From Octopus vulgaris (taxonomy: Eukaryota): a stretch of 64,000 bases of DNA. Position numbers and translations under genes: made by a program. The DNA is taken from NCBI GenBank assembly GCA_951406725.2, contig OX597832.1:21638001-21702000 (forward strand), given 5' to 3'. Under the pieces are notes generated by a model that was not told the origin of the DNA, ran no database searches, and worked only from the letters and a program-made list of their open reading frames with translations. Each line of letters starts with the position of its first letter. Position 1 is the first letter of the stretch. This document shows, piece after piece, positions 1 through 19,691 of the stretch.

Positions 1-32
1 ACATACATATATATATATATACATACATATAT

Positions 33-163
33 ACGACGGGCTTCTTTGAGTTTCCGTCTACCAAATCCTCTCACAAGGCTATAGTAGAAGACACGCAGTG
101 GGACTGAACCCGGAACCATGTGGTTGGTAAGCAAGCTACTTACCACAGAGCCACTCCTACGCC
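33..163 (-). mobile_element. SINE family A (tRNA head + CORE-like domain), 5' part
   Basis: Minus strand reads ggcgtaggagtggctctgtggtaagtagc...ggttccgggttcagtccc (A/B-box-like); matches the fuller copies at 2141-2547 and 52698-53089. Confidence 0.85.
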
Positions 164-214
164 TATAAGAAGATTTATTTATTTCTTACATACACGCAAG
201 AGAAAAATTTCAAG

Positions 215-395
215 GAAGGGGTTCAGTTGATTAAATCGTCCGAGCATCACGTGGCAAAGTTCATTTTATCAAGATCGGATGGATAAAGGGAAAATTTGAC
301 CTTGACAAGATTTGAAATCAGGACGTGAAGAGTTGAGAAGTATACCGCAAGACAGTCTGTCTGACGCTGCAGCGTTTCTGCCAATTCACCACTCT
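215..395 (-). mobile_element. Degenerate SINE family B
   Basis: Diverged match to family B (ggataaagggaaaatttgacc...atttgaaatcaggacgt...cgtttctgcca). Confidence 0.6.
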
Positions 396-1059
396 AATAA
401 TTGTAACAGAGGAACGAGGCCTTGGGGTTTCAGGGGCGTCTAGCTGGTACTTCATTATGTCGAGTTCGAAAGAATAAAAGGTAAATTTGTCATGGGTGAG
501 ATTTGAAATGTGGACATAAAGAGAAGAAAAAATACTGAAAGGTATGCTTGCCCTCGCATCTAACGCTCCACCATACTTAGAAATTATATTTTAAAAAAAC
601 ACCTTAAAAATACTGAAAAACCATAGAAACTAATTAGTTGATAAAGACTTTAATACGTAAAATGATGTTAAATACTTCATTTTTAAGATGGTGGTGATTT
701 GAAGTTTCGCTTGAATTCAAGTTCTCTAATTCTAACTGAAAGTATTTGAATATTACGTTTATGAAGATTGGCTGAAGTGGGAGGAGCTAATTAAGCTAAT
801 TAATTGGATTAATTGGCGAAGAAGACAGCTAGACATAGAGAAGAGTAATAGAAAAAGTTGTCTACAATGGCAAAAAATATGGAAGATACTGAGTTAATAA
901 CGCAACATAGTTACTGCGCATGCGTATGTTTTACTGGCGATAACGGTTGAATGTGGTGTGCAATTGAAAGTATAAATATATGAACTGGTTAAAATCGATC
1001 ATAAAAAATCGATTCCATGTTTGTTTATAATTAATGATTTAGGCATATGAACAGCAGTT

Positions 1060-1237
1060 TTGAGGAGAGGGGAGTCTGTCGATACCTTCCACTCCAATGG
1101 TATTTTATTTTATCGATCCGCGAGGAATGAAAGGCAAAGTTAACTCCGGTGAGATTTGAACTCAGAACGTAAAGAGTCATAAGTAAATACACAGAAGTAT
1201 TTAATCCGACACTGTAGCGACTCTGCCAGCTCGCCGC
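1060..1237 (-). mobile_element. SINE family B (tRNA head + Meta-like domain)
   Basis: gaatgaaaggcaaagt...atttgaactcagaacgt...ctgccagctcgccgc, the reverse complement of the family B copy at 25146. Confidence 0.8.
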
Positions 1238-1442
1238 TTGAATTTTGTTTATAATCAATAAAATAACGTGGTTTTGACAACACATAGTCATGTTGCGTGT
1301 GTGTGTGTGTGGAAAAGAGAGAGAAAGAGAGAGAATATGTAATTATTTGAATAATATGAGAGCAGGTAAGTTATATAACATGTATATTCTTTTATTCTTT
1401 GTTCCAGTCATTTGACTGCGGCCATGATGGTTTGAGATTTAA

Positions 1443-1836
1443 TCTATATATATATATAAAGCTGAAGTTGTCTGTGTATGGCAGGTTTGGTAGCCTTCAA
1501 CTAACGCTATCTCTTCCGAGACCCTGCGGAGCAAGTTGACCAAAATTGAGAGTATGATAGAAGAAGGCTTGCTCTTCTTTCCGTAGAAGAAAAAAATTCA
1601 AATCGGACCATGTTAACACCAAAAATTATTTACATCAAAAAGGTGCCTTTTTTCTATGAAAATCCCTATTTTTTACGATTTTTTGACTGCTGTGTTGCCA
1701 TCTTTCGGTGTATTTCAACCAGAAAAATGTTCACTTAAAGAGAATAACAAGCTACATAATGCAAAATTTTTACTTTTCAGAACTTCCAATTCTAAAGAGT
1801 GAAACAAACCACAGCAACGCCGGGCGATACTGCTAC
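1443..1836 (+). mobile_element. Non-autonomous Helitron-like element
   Basis: Starts A|TCTATATAT; ends with a GC-rich segment (cagcaacgccgggcgatactg) followed by CTAC|T, a one-base variant of CTRR; no TSD; sits between A and T. Confidence 0.65.
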
Positions 1837-2140
1837 TTTTATATAAGTGATTCTAAAACTAGGCGAATTCCTTATGAAATCTTAGCTAAGCCTATAAGTG
1901 GAGTCTTAAGACAGCGAGCAGGCAGACTCGTTTATTCATAATGGCGTTTCTTCCGGTACTTTACAGTTTCACATTTTTAGTTCAAATAACGCCGAGGCTA
2001 AATTCACCTCTCGCCCTTGTCCGTATTATTAGAACCAATGAATTAGTTGTTTTAAAAGAGCAACGGTCTGCCAGGATCGTTATCACGTAGGGCAAACGTG
2101 CTAAGGGGCAGTTCTTTTGAATTTTTCTTTTATGCTTTAT

Positions 2141-2547
2141 TCTTTTACTTGTTTCAGTCAGTTGACTGCGGCCATGCTGGAGCACCGCCTTTAGTCGAGC
2201 AAATCGACCCCAGGATTTATTCTTTGTAAGCCTAGTACTTATTCTATCGGTTTCTGTTTGCCGAACGGTTAAGTAACGGGGATATAAACACACCCAGCAT
2301 CGGTTGTCAAGCGATGTTGGGGGGGGGGGGGACAAACACAGACACACAAATATATATACACACATACATATATATACATATATACGACGGGCTTCTTTCA
2401 GCTTCCGTCTACCAAATCCACTCACAAGGCTTTGGTCGGCCCGAGGCTATAGTAGAAGACACTTGCCCAAGGTGCCACGCTGTGAGAATGAACCCGGAAC
2501 CATGTGGTTAGGAAAAAAGCTACTTACCACACAGCCACTCCTGCACC
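2141..2547 (-). mobile_element. SINE family A, near full length
   Basis: tRNA-like head, CORE-like gtggcaccttgggcaagtgtcttct, internal (TA/TG) tract and 3' tail ggcggtgctccagcatggccgcagtcaa.tgactgaaacaagtaaaaga; many copies in the window. Confidence 0.9.
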
Positions 2548-2989
2548 TATTCAATCCAAACCCCGCCGAAGTTGCGTTCATCTTTCATTCTTTCAGTATC
2601 GATAAAATAAAGTACCACCCAAATACTAAAGTTGACCTTAACGTCTAGTATCCCTACTTCAAATTTTCAGGCTGAAAATTAGAAGCAATCATTTATTAGA
2701 TGGTTAAGCTTTACAAAAGGGAAACTTTAGTTACGAGAGTGTGTGGTGAATTATGCTAACAACAGCTTACTGTGATTAAGAAACAAAAAGTTAGTTTTTC
2801 ACACTTATGGCAAAATCGGTTGAAAAATTAGGGAAGATATTTTTAATATGTTGTGAAATTATCGTTCGTTTAAGTCAGTAATGGAGAACTAATGAGTTTC
2901 AACAGCAACGCGCTGCAGAGAACGCGTGAGAGTTCTAGACGGATTGATGTATTCAGAAATAGCTAGCTTGACAGACTGAGATAGTGAGA

Positions 2990-6720
<3,731 letters not shown>

Positions 6721-6734
6721 ATGAGCTCTTGTCT

Positions 6735-7031
6735 CATAGCCATGTGTTGAAAGGAATTCTTAGAGGTTTGGATAATTCACCTTTGGAAACAACCCTTATT
6801 CGGGGATCTTTTGAGCAGGATGGGCTACTCAACCTGAAGAAAATTCTAACTGGGCCCCACGTGCAAGGTCATGCGCTGTTTATCTTGATATGAGATCACC
6901 ATGTCGCTCACATATGGTTGTGATGCATGTGCCTGGTGTACCCTGATCAGACGGATAGTCATATTGGGTATATTGGGCTTCGTATATTTTAGCCCAGTGT
7001 CACTTTGATGGCACGCACTGCTCTCTCACTC
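6735..7031 (+). mobile_element. Family C: non-coding 3' end of an (AAT)n-associated retroelement (probably R4/Dong 3' UTR or a derivative)
   Basis: Highly similar to 49071-49560 and 63427-63916; always ends ...ctgctctctcactc followed by (AAT)n; a mini-copy of the end sits at ~7125-7138. Confidence 0.8.
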
Positions 7032-7113
<82 letters not shown>

Positions 7114-7138
7114 GAGCTAAATGACTGCTCTCTCACTC

Positions 7139-7185
<47 letters not shown>

Positions 7186-7199
7186 TGATGATGATGATG

Positions 7200-7243
<44 letters not shown>

Positions 7244-7295
7244 TATTATTATTATTATTATTATTATTATAATAATAATTATAATAATAATAATA

Positions 7296-7343
<48 letters not shown>

Positions 7344-7351
7344 ATTATAAT

Positions 7352-7406
<55 letters not shown>

Positions 7407-7473
7407 TTATAATAATAATAATTATAATAATAATAATTATAATAATAATAATTATAATAATAATAATAATAAT
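7032..7473. repeat. (AAT)n/(ATT)n/(GAT)n compound tract with orientation switches
   Basis: Directly visible. Confidence 0.95.
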
Positions 7474-7639
7474 ATCTATTAACGACTAAGGATTCAGAAA
7501 AATATTGGGAACTTAGCAGGACAATACAATGTGGGGTTACATAAAAGGCGTGTAAAATATAAAACAGTAACAGCATAAAATTATAACAATGGATGATCCC
7601 CCAAAACGGAAACTTCCTACTGTTGCTCATGGAGATTCC

Positions 7640-8230
7640 ACAAAAACCACGGCCACCTTAGCCAGAAGGGCAAATGTCCTCTTCACATTGTCCATCTTCA
7701 ACTTACAGGCCCAAACTTAGACCATTCTTGCAACCTCTACCCAGCTTTTAAGAAAGTTGCTGAGAGGCAGCATTTCCCTCTTTACTTTCACTTTCCTTTT
7801 CAAGTGAAACTTGAATAAGTTGAAGAGGGCCGAAGATGAAAGTATCAAACTTCAGCCCTCTCAATCTGATCCACCACACCTCTTTCGCTAAAGTTACCAG
7901 ACGAAGGAAGACAAGCTGCCCTATCTTCACAATGAACTCAAACGATTGCCGGATCTGTCCTACATGCGACAGCAGAGGTTCGATATAAACCTACAACTCA
8001 AAAATACACGGATACTAGACGAGAGTGTGTGGAACAATTTCTTCGCTCTGCACGCGTTTTGGGCAACCCCAGCTAATGGCGCTTCCATGCCTGTAGAATT
8101 TATCCTGAAACAGCAATCCTTTTTCCCCACCACCATAACAATCACCACCACCACCACCCAATAGTACTGCCAGGCCAAGAATTTCTGGAAATTATCCATA
8201 GGCTCCGGTCTGAAAGTCGACCTCAACAGA
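7640..8230 (-). mobile_element. Degenerate Tx1/L1-clade LINE, ORF2 C-terminus and part of the 3' UTR
   Basis: Minus-strand peptides NFQKFLAWQYY, EIVPHTLV*YP and LVTLAKEVWWIR..FHLKRKVKV parallel the copy at 34136-34840 ([27 protein letters not shown]). Confidence 0.7.
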
Positions 8231-8240
8231 CCAGCCAGAG

Positions 8241-8286
<46 letters not shown>

Positions 8287-8499
8287 AGGGAGAGAGAAGT
8301 AAACACATTTAAAATAGCATTAAACCAAAGTAGCCAACTTCGTATCATACTAAATGTAGGCTTTTTTTCTGAGAGATGTGGGATGGGGAGAGAATTATAC
8401 AAAATGAGTAAAACTTATATAAAATGATAATTTATACCAGTAGCCAACATGCGTAAAAAATTGTCCTTAAACCGTAAAATATTTATATACATAAAAAAT

Positions 8500-8752
8500 A
8501 AATAAATGCACCCTTTTAAAGCCTAGCCAGGCTCATGGGCCCGGTTTCCCGGTTTCAATGGCGTATGTGTTCCCCAGCTGGACGGGACGCCAGTCCATCG
8601 CACTGTTACTCTTTTTTGCCAGCTGAGTGGACTGGAACAACGTGAAATGAAGTGTTTTGCTCAAGAACACAACGCGTCGGTCGGTCCAGGAATCGAAACC
8701 ACAATCTTACGATCATGATGCTGACACCCTAACCACTAAGCCATGCGCCTCC
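8500..8752 (-). mobile_element. SINE family D (tRNA head, V-SINE-like domain)
   Basis: Minus strand ggaggcgcatggcttagtggttaggg...ggtttcgattcc (A/B boxes), then gttgtgttcttgagcaa and tgcgatggactggcgtcccgtccag; related to 62766-63030. Confidence 0.8.
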
Positions 8753-8816
8753 TCATTTATATACAGACAAGTATATATATATATCATATATATATCATAT
8801 AAAATATATATATATA

Positions 8817-8933
<117 letters not shown>

Positions 8934-9261
8934 GTGTATGTATGTATCATGTAATCGACACCAGATCACGTGATAGGTCTTCACTTCATCGGAGATTCAT
9001 AACAGCCTTAATTTTCATTGAAGCATGTCTAAGATGACGTAAGTAAATGATTTGTGAACCGATTGTCCAGGTTTGTTTTTATTCATCTGTATTCTATGAA
9101 CTTTCTAATTGTGAATACCATTGAAATTCAATTTAAAGTATAATACATGAGGTCGCTTCTCAACGTTCTTTTCAAAATATATAAGGATGCGCATGTAGTT
9201 TTAAAAACAGGTTGTGTATGGCGCGGAATTTAAACATAAATCCAAATATATATATATATGC

Positions 9262-9294
<33 letters not shown>

Positions 9295-9501
9295 TATACA
9301 TACATGCATACATATGTATGCATGTATGTACTTATGTATATTAACATACGTGTGTGCGTGTGTGTGTTTGCATGCGTGTATGTATCTACTTATTTATACA
9401 TAAATATCTGAGTACATTAGACAAAATATATACAAGCATACATAATTACATATATATTGACAGATAGATAGACACACCGACAGACAGACAGACAGACAGA
9501 G

Positions 9502-9579
<78 letters not shown>

Positions 9580-9589
9580 GCAGACAGAC

Positions 9590-9654
<65 letters not shown>

Positions 9655-9655
9655 T

Positions 9656-9717
<62 letters not shown>

Positions 9718-10171
9718 TGACAAACAGACATAGACAGACTCATAGACAAACAGACAGATATATACATACATACACATATAAGCATGCATATATATATACT
9801 TGTATATACATAAGTAGATCCATTATGTGCACACACATACACACATGTATATGCACACATATACGTATATACGCATTAGGTGCATACATCTGCATGTAAG
9901 TGTAAATATAATTATAAACGTATTTATTATATTCATAAATAATCATAACCATTCAAAGACAAAACCGTATGCATAAATATGTATATATACATGCAATAAT
10001 GTATTACGAATATACACTCATACTTGCATCCATATATATACGAACATACATACATACATGCGTACATACAAACATACAAAGATGAACTGAACACTGTCTC
10101 TTTATCGGGGAAAAATTTCAAAACACAACCTATAACATACATACGTATATATAAAAATATAACTACTTACA

Positions 10172-10211
<40 letters not shown>

Positions 10212-10418
10212 ATATACATGCTAACATTCATACAAGCATACATATCATATACATAAACATACTTACACAATATACATACATATATAACCACATAAATACA
10301 TTCTTACATATATTCATATACTACATACGTACATGTATGTATATACATACATACTATATAAATACATATATATACATATATATATACATATGTATATATA
10401 CATATATATATATATTAG

Positions 10419-10497
<79 letters not shown>

Positions 10498-10517
10498 AAT
10501 ATATACATCTATCTATC

Positions 10518-10548
<31 letters not shown>

Positions 10549-10900
10549 AAATGTCCACACATTCGTTCGTACGCCTATACGTACATATGCTCCTCAAACT
10601 GATTGTAAAGCAAAACAAAATGGCCTCTTAGACGAAGCGTTGGCAAGCTGGGCATTTCTCTCTTAACCATGCTGTTCGTCTTTTGTTGGATCATTGTGTT
10701 CGCCAAACCAAAAGCCTTTTCTTTCTTTTCAAGATGGCGTACACTAAACAAAAAAGCAATAGCGAGACAAAGGATGACAACGATGAAAAGAAGCCGAAAT
10801 CTACAATACTGTTATCTTGTACATATATGCGCTTCTATGTGCTTGTGTGTACGTGTTGGTATGTATCTACGGCTGTATATAAAATATATATATATATACG

Positions 10901-10940
<40 letters not shown>

Positions 10941-10951
10941 TGTATATATTT

Positions 10952-10994
<43 letters not shown>

Positions 10995-11379
10995 CATGTA
11001 TGTATATACAGATAGACATTTAGACATACATATCTGTTTACCTTTGTATATATACATATATAATATATACATAGATACAAATGTGCATGTATGTATATAT
11101 GTACTATATATGTGTAACTACGTCTATATCATTATCTCTCTCTCTCTCTCATTCTGCATGAGAGACACATATATATATGTATATAAACACATATATATAT
11201 GCAATATATACATATACACCTACGTGTGCACATAGATATATGTATATACACACATATATAGGCATGTATATATATGTACGTATATATATATATATACATA
11301 CATACATATATATATACGTATATATGTATGCATATATGTATATAGGTATACATATATATATGTTCATACATCATATGTA

Positions 11380-11415
<36 letters not shown>

Positions 11416-11495
11416 TGTATGTATTCAGAAAGGGGGTGATTAAAGAGAGATGATGTTACAGGGAAAGTATAGTGACATTATTCTGGTATACCTTC

Positions 11496-11554
<59 letters not shown>

Positions 11555-11578
11555 ACACACATACGTGTATACGCGTGC

Positions 11579-11618
<40 letters not shown>

Positions 11619-11689
11619 GTGTGTGTAGACTTAGAACGATATATTGAGATCTGCCGTGATGCAACTCCTGCCGTAGTTCTATTTACTGG

Positions 11690-12480
<791 letters not shown>

Positions 12481-12565
12481 TTTGTATTGTCGATGAAGTT
12501 GACAATGTAGAGGTCGCTGTGGTTATTGTCATTGCCGATACCGTCAGAACAGTGACATATGTATG

Positions 12566-12681
<116 letters not shown>

Positions 12682-12978
12682 AGTGTTTGTGCGTTTATGG
12701 ATCATATACTTCCGCTATATCAATGCTTGCGCATGCCTTGAGCCACGCGTACGCGCGCAGTAGAGTATGTGTGCGTATATGTCGCACAATTGTCTATGTC
12801 TATACTCTTCCATACATCTATATAAATATACATATATATGTATATATGTATGTATTATCGGCGTTCAAAATGATGTTACATAAAATTTTGGTCAGAGTTT
12901 TATATGTGAATAGTTTCATACATACCCGCCTTATGAGAATACACACACCTGTATATACAGGTGTATGTATGTGTTTTG

Positions 12979-13022
<44 letters not shown>

Positions 13023-13048
13023 TAAATATATATACACTTAAATGTGTA

Positions 13049-13093
<45 letters not shown>

Positions 13094-13136
13094 ATATATA
13101 ATTCATCAAGTGCAGGACATAACCAGCGAGAGAAAG

Positions 13137-13227
<91 letters not shown>

Positions 13228-13958
13228 TGTAGGTATATATGTACATTTACATATACATACATATATATATATATATACATGTATATACACACATGCATAT
13301 ACAAGCACACACACACATACATACACACACATACACACACACACATATATGCATGCATATTCGTATGCAGAAAAAGAATAAGGTGACTACGAGAGACACA
13401 GATTAATATAGAGAAAGGCAAAGAACTTGCTTGCACACAAACAACATACTGGACGAATGTGTAAATCCGTTGTTGGCGGCCATTTTTTTCCCTCCCATTA
13501 TAAGATCGCATTACAAATATGTCGGAAAAGAAAAGAGATATTTGACGTTATCAATAGATCTTGATAATACCTACACTCACACACACACACACACACACAA
13601 CACGTACACACATACACACACACATACGCATACGGATGTGTACAGCCTTTAGTTTTTGTTAGCAAAAAGTAAGTTTACGTTTAGTTTTTGATTATTCTTA
13701 ACGGATTAACGAGCTTATTTCATTTTTTCTCCATCTTTCTTGTTTTCGTAGTTCGCTGCTGCTGCTACTGGTGCTGCTGCTGCTCTTGCTACCACTGCTG
13801 CTATAACCGCGAATGCTGTTGCTATCGTTTTTGTTGTATTTTTTTGCATTTTCTTTGTTAGGACATATTTTTCGTGCATTTTCATTTTCTTTTTAGCTAT
13901 TCCTTTTTATTTCTTGATATATCATTTGTCTTTAGATCTGTCCTTGTGTGTGTGTGTG

Positions 13959-13994
<36 letters not shown>

Positions 13995-14154
13995 GTTTTG
14001 TGGTTCTTTTTCTTGGATGTTATATTTTGTTTTTATTTGCCCATTTTGTTAATATTTTTATTGGAAAATGTGTGTTCGATTGCGTGGGTCGTGTATGTTA
14101 ATGAAGCTTCTGTGCTTTCTACTCGTATGCCTGCTGGTGTTACAAATGCGATTT

Positions 14155-14244
<90 letters not shown>

Positions 14245-14377
14245 TGTATGTATGTATGTATGTATGAATGTATGTATGTATACATATATGTGAGTGTATG
14301 TGTTTTTTGCATATATTAGAATAAAAATGTGAATTGAACTTGTTTTGTTTATTCCGCATTAGGGTTCGTTACAAACC

Positions 14378-14431
<54 letters not shown>

Positions 14432-14576
14432 TTATGTATGTGTGTATTTATTTATAAATATATACTCGTTGGTGCATATATACATACATATCTATAAATG
14501 TATATATACGTATATTCAATATGTGTAACCGCTAATCCAGACACATTTTTCTCTCTCCTTTTTGTTTCTTTTCTTT

Positions 14577-15720
14577 CTAACCCTTATCTTAGCCCTAACC
14601 CACGCCCTAAACCAATCCTTAACCCTAACCCCCAACTCCAAACCAAACGCCAACCCTAAACCTGGTCTTACTTCTATCCCAAACTGTAACACTCAACCTA
14701 ACCCTTTCCTTAATTTTAACAAATAAATTAATGTTAACCCTTATGCTAACTTATGCTTAGTTTAACCTTAACTTCTACAGAAACCACAAGCTTTATCCAA
14801 ACACCAACTTTCACCCCAATACCACAGCGAACTCTAACTCCAGCATTAGCCTTAGCCTTAATTCTTACCCTAAACCTGACCCTACCTCTAAGCGTAACCC
14901 TAGCACTTGCTCTATTTCTAACCTGAGCCCAACCTCGATCCTCTCCGCAACCCCACCATCAATTTTATCCATTACCCTTTCTTTTTAATTCTGTCTTTAA
15001 ACCTAACCTATCCTTAATCCTAACACTAATTCTTACTCTAACTCTACCGTTAACCCCAAACCAAATCATAATCCCACCTCAACCCTAATCCTAATCCCAC
15101 CCCAACCCTAATCCTAATCCCACCCCAACCCTAATCCTAATCTCACTCCAATCTTAATCCTAATCCCACCCCATCCCTAACCCTAATCCCATTCCAATCC
15201 TAATCCCACCCTAACCCTAATCCTAATCTTCATCCCACCCCAACCATAATCCTAATTCCACTCCAAACTTAATCCTAATCCCACTCCAAACCTAATCATA
15301 ATCCCACTCCAACCCTAACCCTTATCCCACCCCAAACCATAATCCTAATCTCACTCCAAACCTAATCCTAATCCTACTCCAATCCTAATCCTAATCCCAC
15401 CCCAACCCTAACCCTTATCCCCTTCCAAACCTAATCCTTATCCTACTCCTATCCTAATCCTAATCCCACCACAACCCTAACCCTTATCCCCTTCCAAACC
15501 TAATCCTTATCCCACTCCAATCCTAATCCTAATCTCACCCCGACCGTAGCCTACCTTACCCCAACCCTAATCCTATCTTACATGCTAAACCTAAGTTTAA
15601 TCGTAACTCATCTTTAAATTGTAAACCTTAACCCCCAAAGCATTAATTTTTAATCCCTAACCCTTAATACTAAGCCTAATCCTAAAACTAACACTAATCC
15701 TTTCACTAACCCTAAAACTA
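14577..15720. repeat. Degenerate telomere-like (CCCTAA) region with a ~23-nt minisatellite core
   Basis: accctaa/tcctaa throughout; unit aaccctaatcctaatcccacccc repeated at about 15060-15570. Confidence 0.85.
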
Positions 15721-16127
15721 CCTCATCGTCGTCATTGTTGCCTTTATCATTGCTTTTTTCATTGTCGTCTCCGTCGTCGCGTCTTTCGTCGTCGCTGTCG
15801 TTTTCGTTGTCTTTGCCGTCGTCGACGCCCTTTTTTTTGTGTCTGCGCCGCTGTCGCCGCCTGCATCTTCGTCGTCGTGTCGTACTCCCCTCCTCCATTG
15901 TCTCCGCCTACGCCGCCGCGGCTGCAGTCTAAACGCAACAACGACCGACGTTTGCTGGGAATTCGGCTGTCGAAATGAATGCGAATGAAATTTTTTTTCT
16001 ACCATTTTTTGAAACCCTCAAATTTATTTCAGGAAACACATTTACGCCAAACCAAGAATAAACAGTGTGCAGCCAACCGGAAAAAAAACTTTGATGAATA
16101 TGAGGTTAATTTTTGACTTTCTTTAAT

Positions 16128-17095
16128 ATACGACCAAAGCATCGTGAGTGGATTTGGTAAACGGAAACTGAAAGAATCCCATCGTATGTATGTGTGTGTG
16201 TTTGCGTGTATGTATATATATATATATATATGTATGTATATATATTTACTCTTTTCTTTGTTTCAGTCATTTGACTGCGGCCATGCTGGAGCACCGCTTT
16301 TAGTCGAGTAAATCGACCCCAGGACTTATTTTTTGGAAGCCTAATACTTATTTTAGCAGTCACTTTTGCCGAACCGCTAAGTTACGAGGGACGTAAACAC
16401 ACTAGCATCGGTTGTCAAGCGATGCTGGGAGTACAAATATAAGCACACAAACATATACACACACACATATATATATAGATACATATATACGATGGGCTTC
16501 TTTTCAGTTTCCGTCTACCAAATCCACTCACAAGGCTTTAGTCGGTTCGAGGCTATAGTAGAAGACACTTACCCAAGGTGCCACGCAGTGGGACTGTACC
16601 CGGAGCCATGTGGTTTGTAAGCAAGCTACCTACCACACAACCACTCATATACATATATATATATATACAACAGGCTTCTTTCAGTTTCCGTCTACTATAT
16701 CTGCTCACAAGGCTTTGGTCGGCTCGAGGATACAGAAGTAGAAACTTGCCGAAGGTGCCGAGCAGTGGGACTGAACCTGGAGCCATGTGGTTGAGAAGCA
16801 GACTTATTACCACACAGTCACGTGTGTGTGTGTGTGTGTGTTTGTGGTTGAGTGTGTGTATGTGTATGTGTGTATTTATGTGTGTGTCTGTGTTTGTCTC
16901 CATCCATGCCATCGCTTGACAACGGATTCTGGTGTGTTTATGCGCCCGTAACTTAGAGGTTCGATGGAAGAGAAAGACAGAATAAGTACTAGGCTTACAA
17001 CGAATAAGTCCTGGGGTCGATTTCTTCGACTAAAAAACCCTTTAAGGTGATGCTCCAGCATGGCCGCAGTCAAATGACTGAAACAAGTAAAAAAT
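16128..17095. mobile_element. Cluster of SINE A pieces in both orientations
   Basis: + fragment 16128-16190, - near-full copy 16250-16645, - head 16670-16820, + tail 16880-17095 followed by (GAA)n/(GAAA)n. Confidence 0.85.
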
Positions 17096-17251
17096 AAAGA
17101 AGAAGAAGAAGAAGAAGAAGAAGAAGAAGAAGAAGAAGAAGAAGAAGAAGAAGAAGAAGAAGAAGAAGAAGAAGAATGAAAGAAAGAAAGAAAGAAGGAC
17201 AGAAAGAAGGAAGAAAGAAAGAAAGAAAGAAAGAAAGGAATAAAGAAAGAG

Positions 17252-17302
<51 letters not shown>

Positions 17303-17904
17303 AAGAAAGAAAGAAAGAAAGAAATAACACAAATGTAGCTTTATTTTCTGCCTTGTCTCCTTTATTTCATAAAGATTGGCCATACAGGCCTTGAGAACCA
17401 ACGTCCATTTTGTGCTTACGTCATAAAACAAAATGGAGAAAACGATATGACATCTGTTAAAACGTCATAGTGTCTATAAACATGTATACATACGTGTGTG
17501 CGTGTGTGCGTGTGTGTGTATGTGTGTGTAAACATATATGTAGTTGGGATATAATATGGTTAAATGCGCATGCGTACATTGAAAAATTGGATTCTTTATA
17601 GAGAAAGAAAAACTTGGAAGAATTTTCTTCATATGAAAACAGTGTTTAAAAAGCTCTTCGAAACACAATCGGCACCACACACAAAACAAACCAAACACAA
17701 TACACACAGACATACATTTTAATATCTATATATATGTGTATATATATATTATATGTATATGATCTGTAAAATATATATAAAATATATCGATATCTATTAA
17801 GTATAAATATATATATATATATGTATATATATGTATATATATTATATTTATAGATAGAAAAATTTGAATACCTGTGCATATATATAATACATATTGAGAT
17901 GTAG

Positions 17905-18167
17905 AATCGGCAAAGAGAGGAATGGTTGAGTGAGAGTGAGGGCGAAAAAGGGAAACATACATGTTTTCATCAAAACCAGGCTTTGCAGTGTGTTATGAAC
18001 TTTATCAAAAATCTTAAAGTGTGTCCAAGTTTATTTTTCATGAACATTTGTCGGGAAGGATTGGCAGACAAATCTTGTAGCTGCCTCACGTTCGAACATT
18101 TTATAGAGTTGGATAAGTTGTATCAGTCGACCGATACGGAATTGAACCGACTTTTTATAAAGCGAAG
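17905..18167 (+). CDS. Probable internal exon of the coiled-coil gene (acceptor at 17905 or 17989)
   Basis: Non-repetitive open frame ...CVMNFIKNLKVCPSLFFMNICREGLADKSCSCLTFEHFIELDKLYQSTDTELNRLFIKR; donor AAG|gtatat leaves AG, which joins the leading G of exon 24212 to give AGG (Arg) in frame. Acceptor is ambiguous. Confidence 0.5.
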
Positions 18168-18195
18168 GTATATTACTCGACCTTGTCTTCACCTC

Positions 18196-18240
<45 letters not shown>

Positions 18241-18259
18241 TCTCTCTCTCTCTCTCTCA

Positions 18260-18317
<58 letters not shown>

Positions 18318-18403
18318 ATATATAGTCAGGACGCCATGATAGACCGTTAGCTCCTACACGCATTTTTTCTCTCCTTGTTTCTCTCCTTGTTTTTTTCTGT
18401 GTA

Positions 18404-18441
18404 TCTTTCTGTCGAAGAGCGTAGGCTCGAAACGTAAAAGA
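18404..18441 (+). ncRNA. Minimal type I hammerhead-like motif (core variant CUGUCGA)
   Basis: TCTTT-CTGTCGA-A-GAGC gtag GCTC-GAAAC-GTA-AAAGA: stems I and II pair perfectly; one core substitution. Confidence 0.65.
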
Positions 18442-18546
18442 CATTTTCTATTCCTGAGCGCTATACTAATACATTTGTTTGTTTGTACTCCACCTGCCTT
18501 CGTCTTTTGTTTATTTTCGTAAACTTTCCCGTTATATAAATATATG

Positions 18547-18732
<186 letters not shown>

Positions 18733-18948
18733 ATATATATATATATCTGTAAATGTAATATGTGACAATTATTCTGTAGCCATGATAAAACTCTGAGTTT
18801 CGGATGCCGAGGTGGAAATCCACGCCGCCATCTCTTCATATATATATAATTATAATTATAATTATTACCTTTGAAGGTTTTTATTCCCATGCTGGCCACT
18901 TGATAAGTTCGATATTTAAATAACGATCTTATACTTATTTATACATAC

Positions 18949-19007
<59 letters not shown>

Positions 19008-19011
19008 TTTA

Positions 19012-19366
<355 letters not shown>

Positions 19367-19450
19367 TATATATATATATATATAAAGAAATAAGTCCAAA
19401 GTCTGTAAGATAGCTCCTCAGTCCGCAGCAGCTAGTGTCTTCCAGTTCGA

Positions 19451-19501
<51 letters not shown>

Positions 19502-19635
19502 AATCATGGTTTTTAATAACTAGTTGTATTCTTATCTTATATGCATTTAATTATGTACTATATGTATGTATGCTATTATGGTTGTCGTTTTGATAAATTA
19601 ATAAGTCATCATTTTAATATCCTAAAGGTGATGAA

Positions 19636-19691
<56 letters not shown>

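Noticed and set aside
8960-9044. Possible first exon ending ATGTCTAAGATGAC|gtaagt
   Set aside because: Good donor but only four codons, and its phase does not fit the phase-0 acceptors at 17905/17989.
10729-10740. YY1-like AAGATGGCG motifs (also ~13477, ~36078, ~63079)
   Set aside because: Short motifs with no independent support.
17376-17470. Possible exon after a strong pyrimidine tract
   Set aside because: Frames hit stops and no convincing donor was found.
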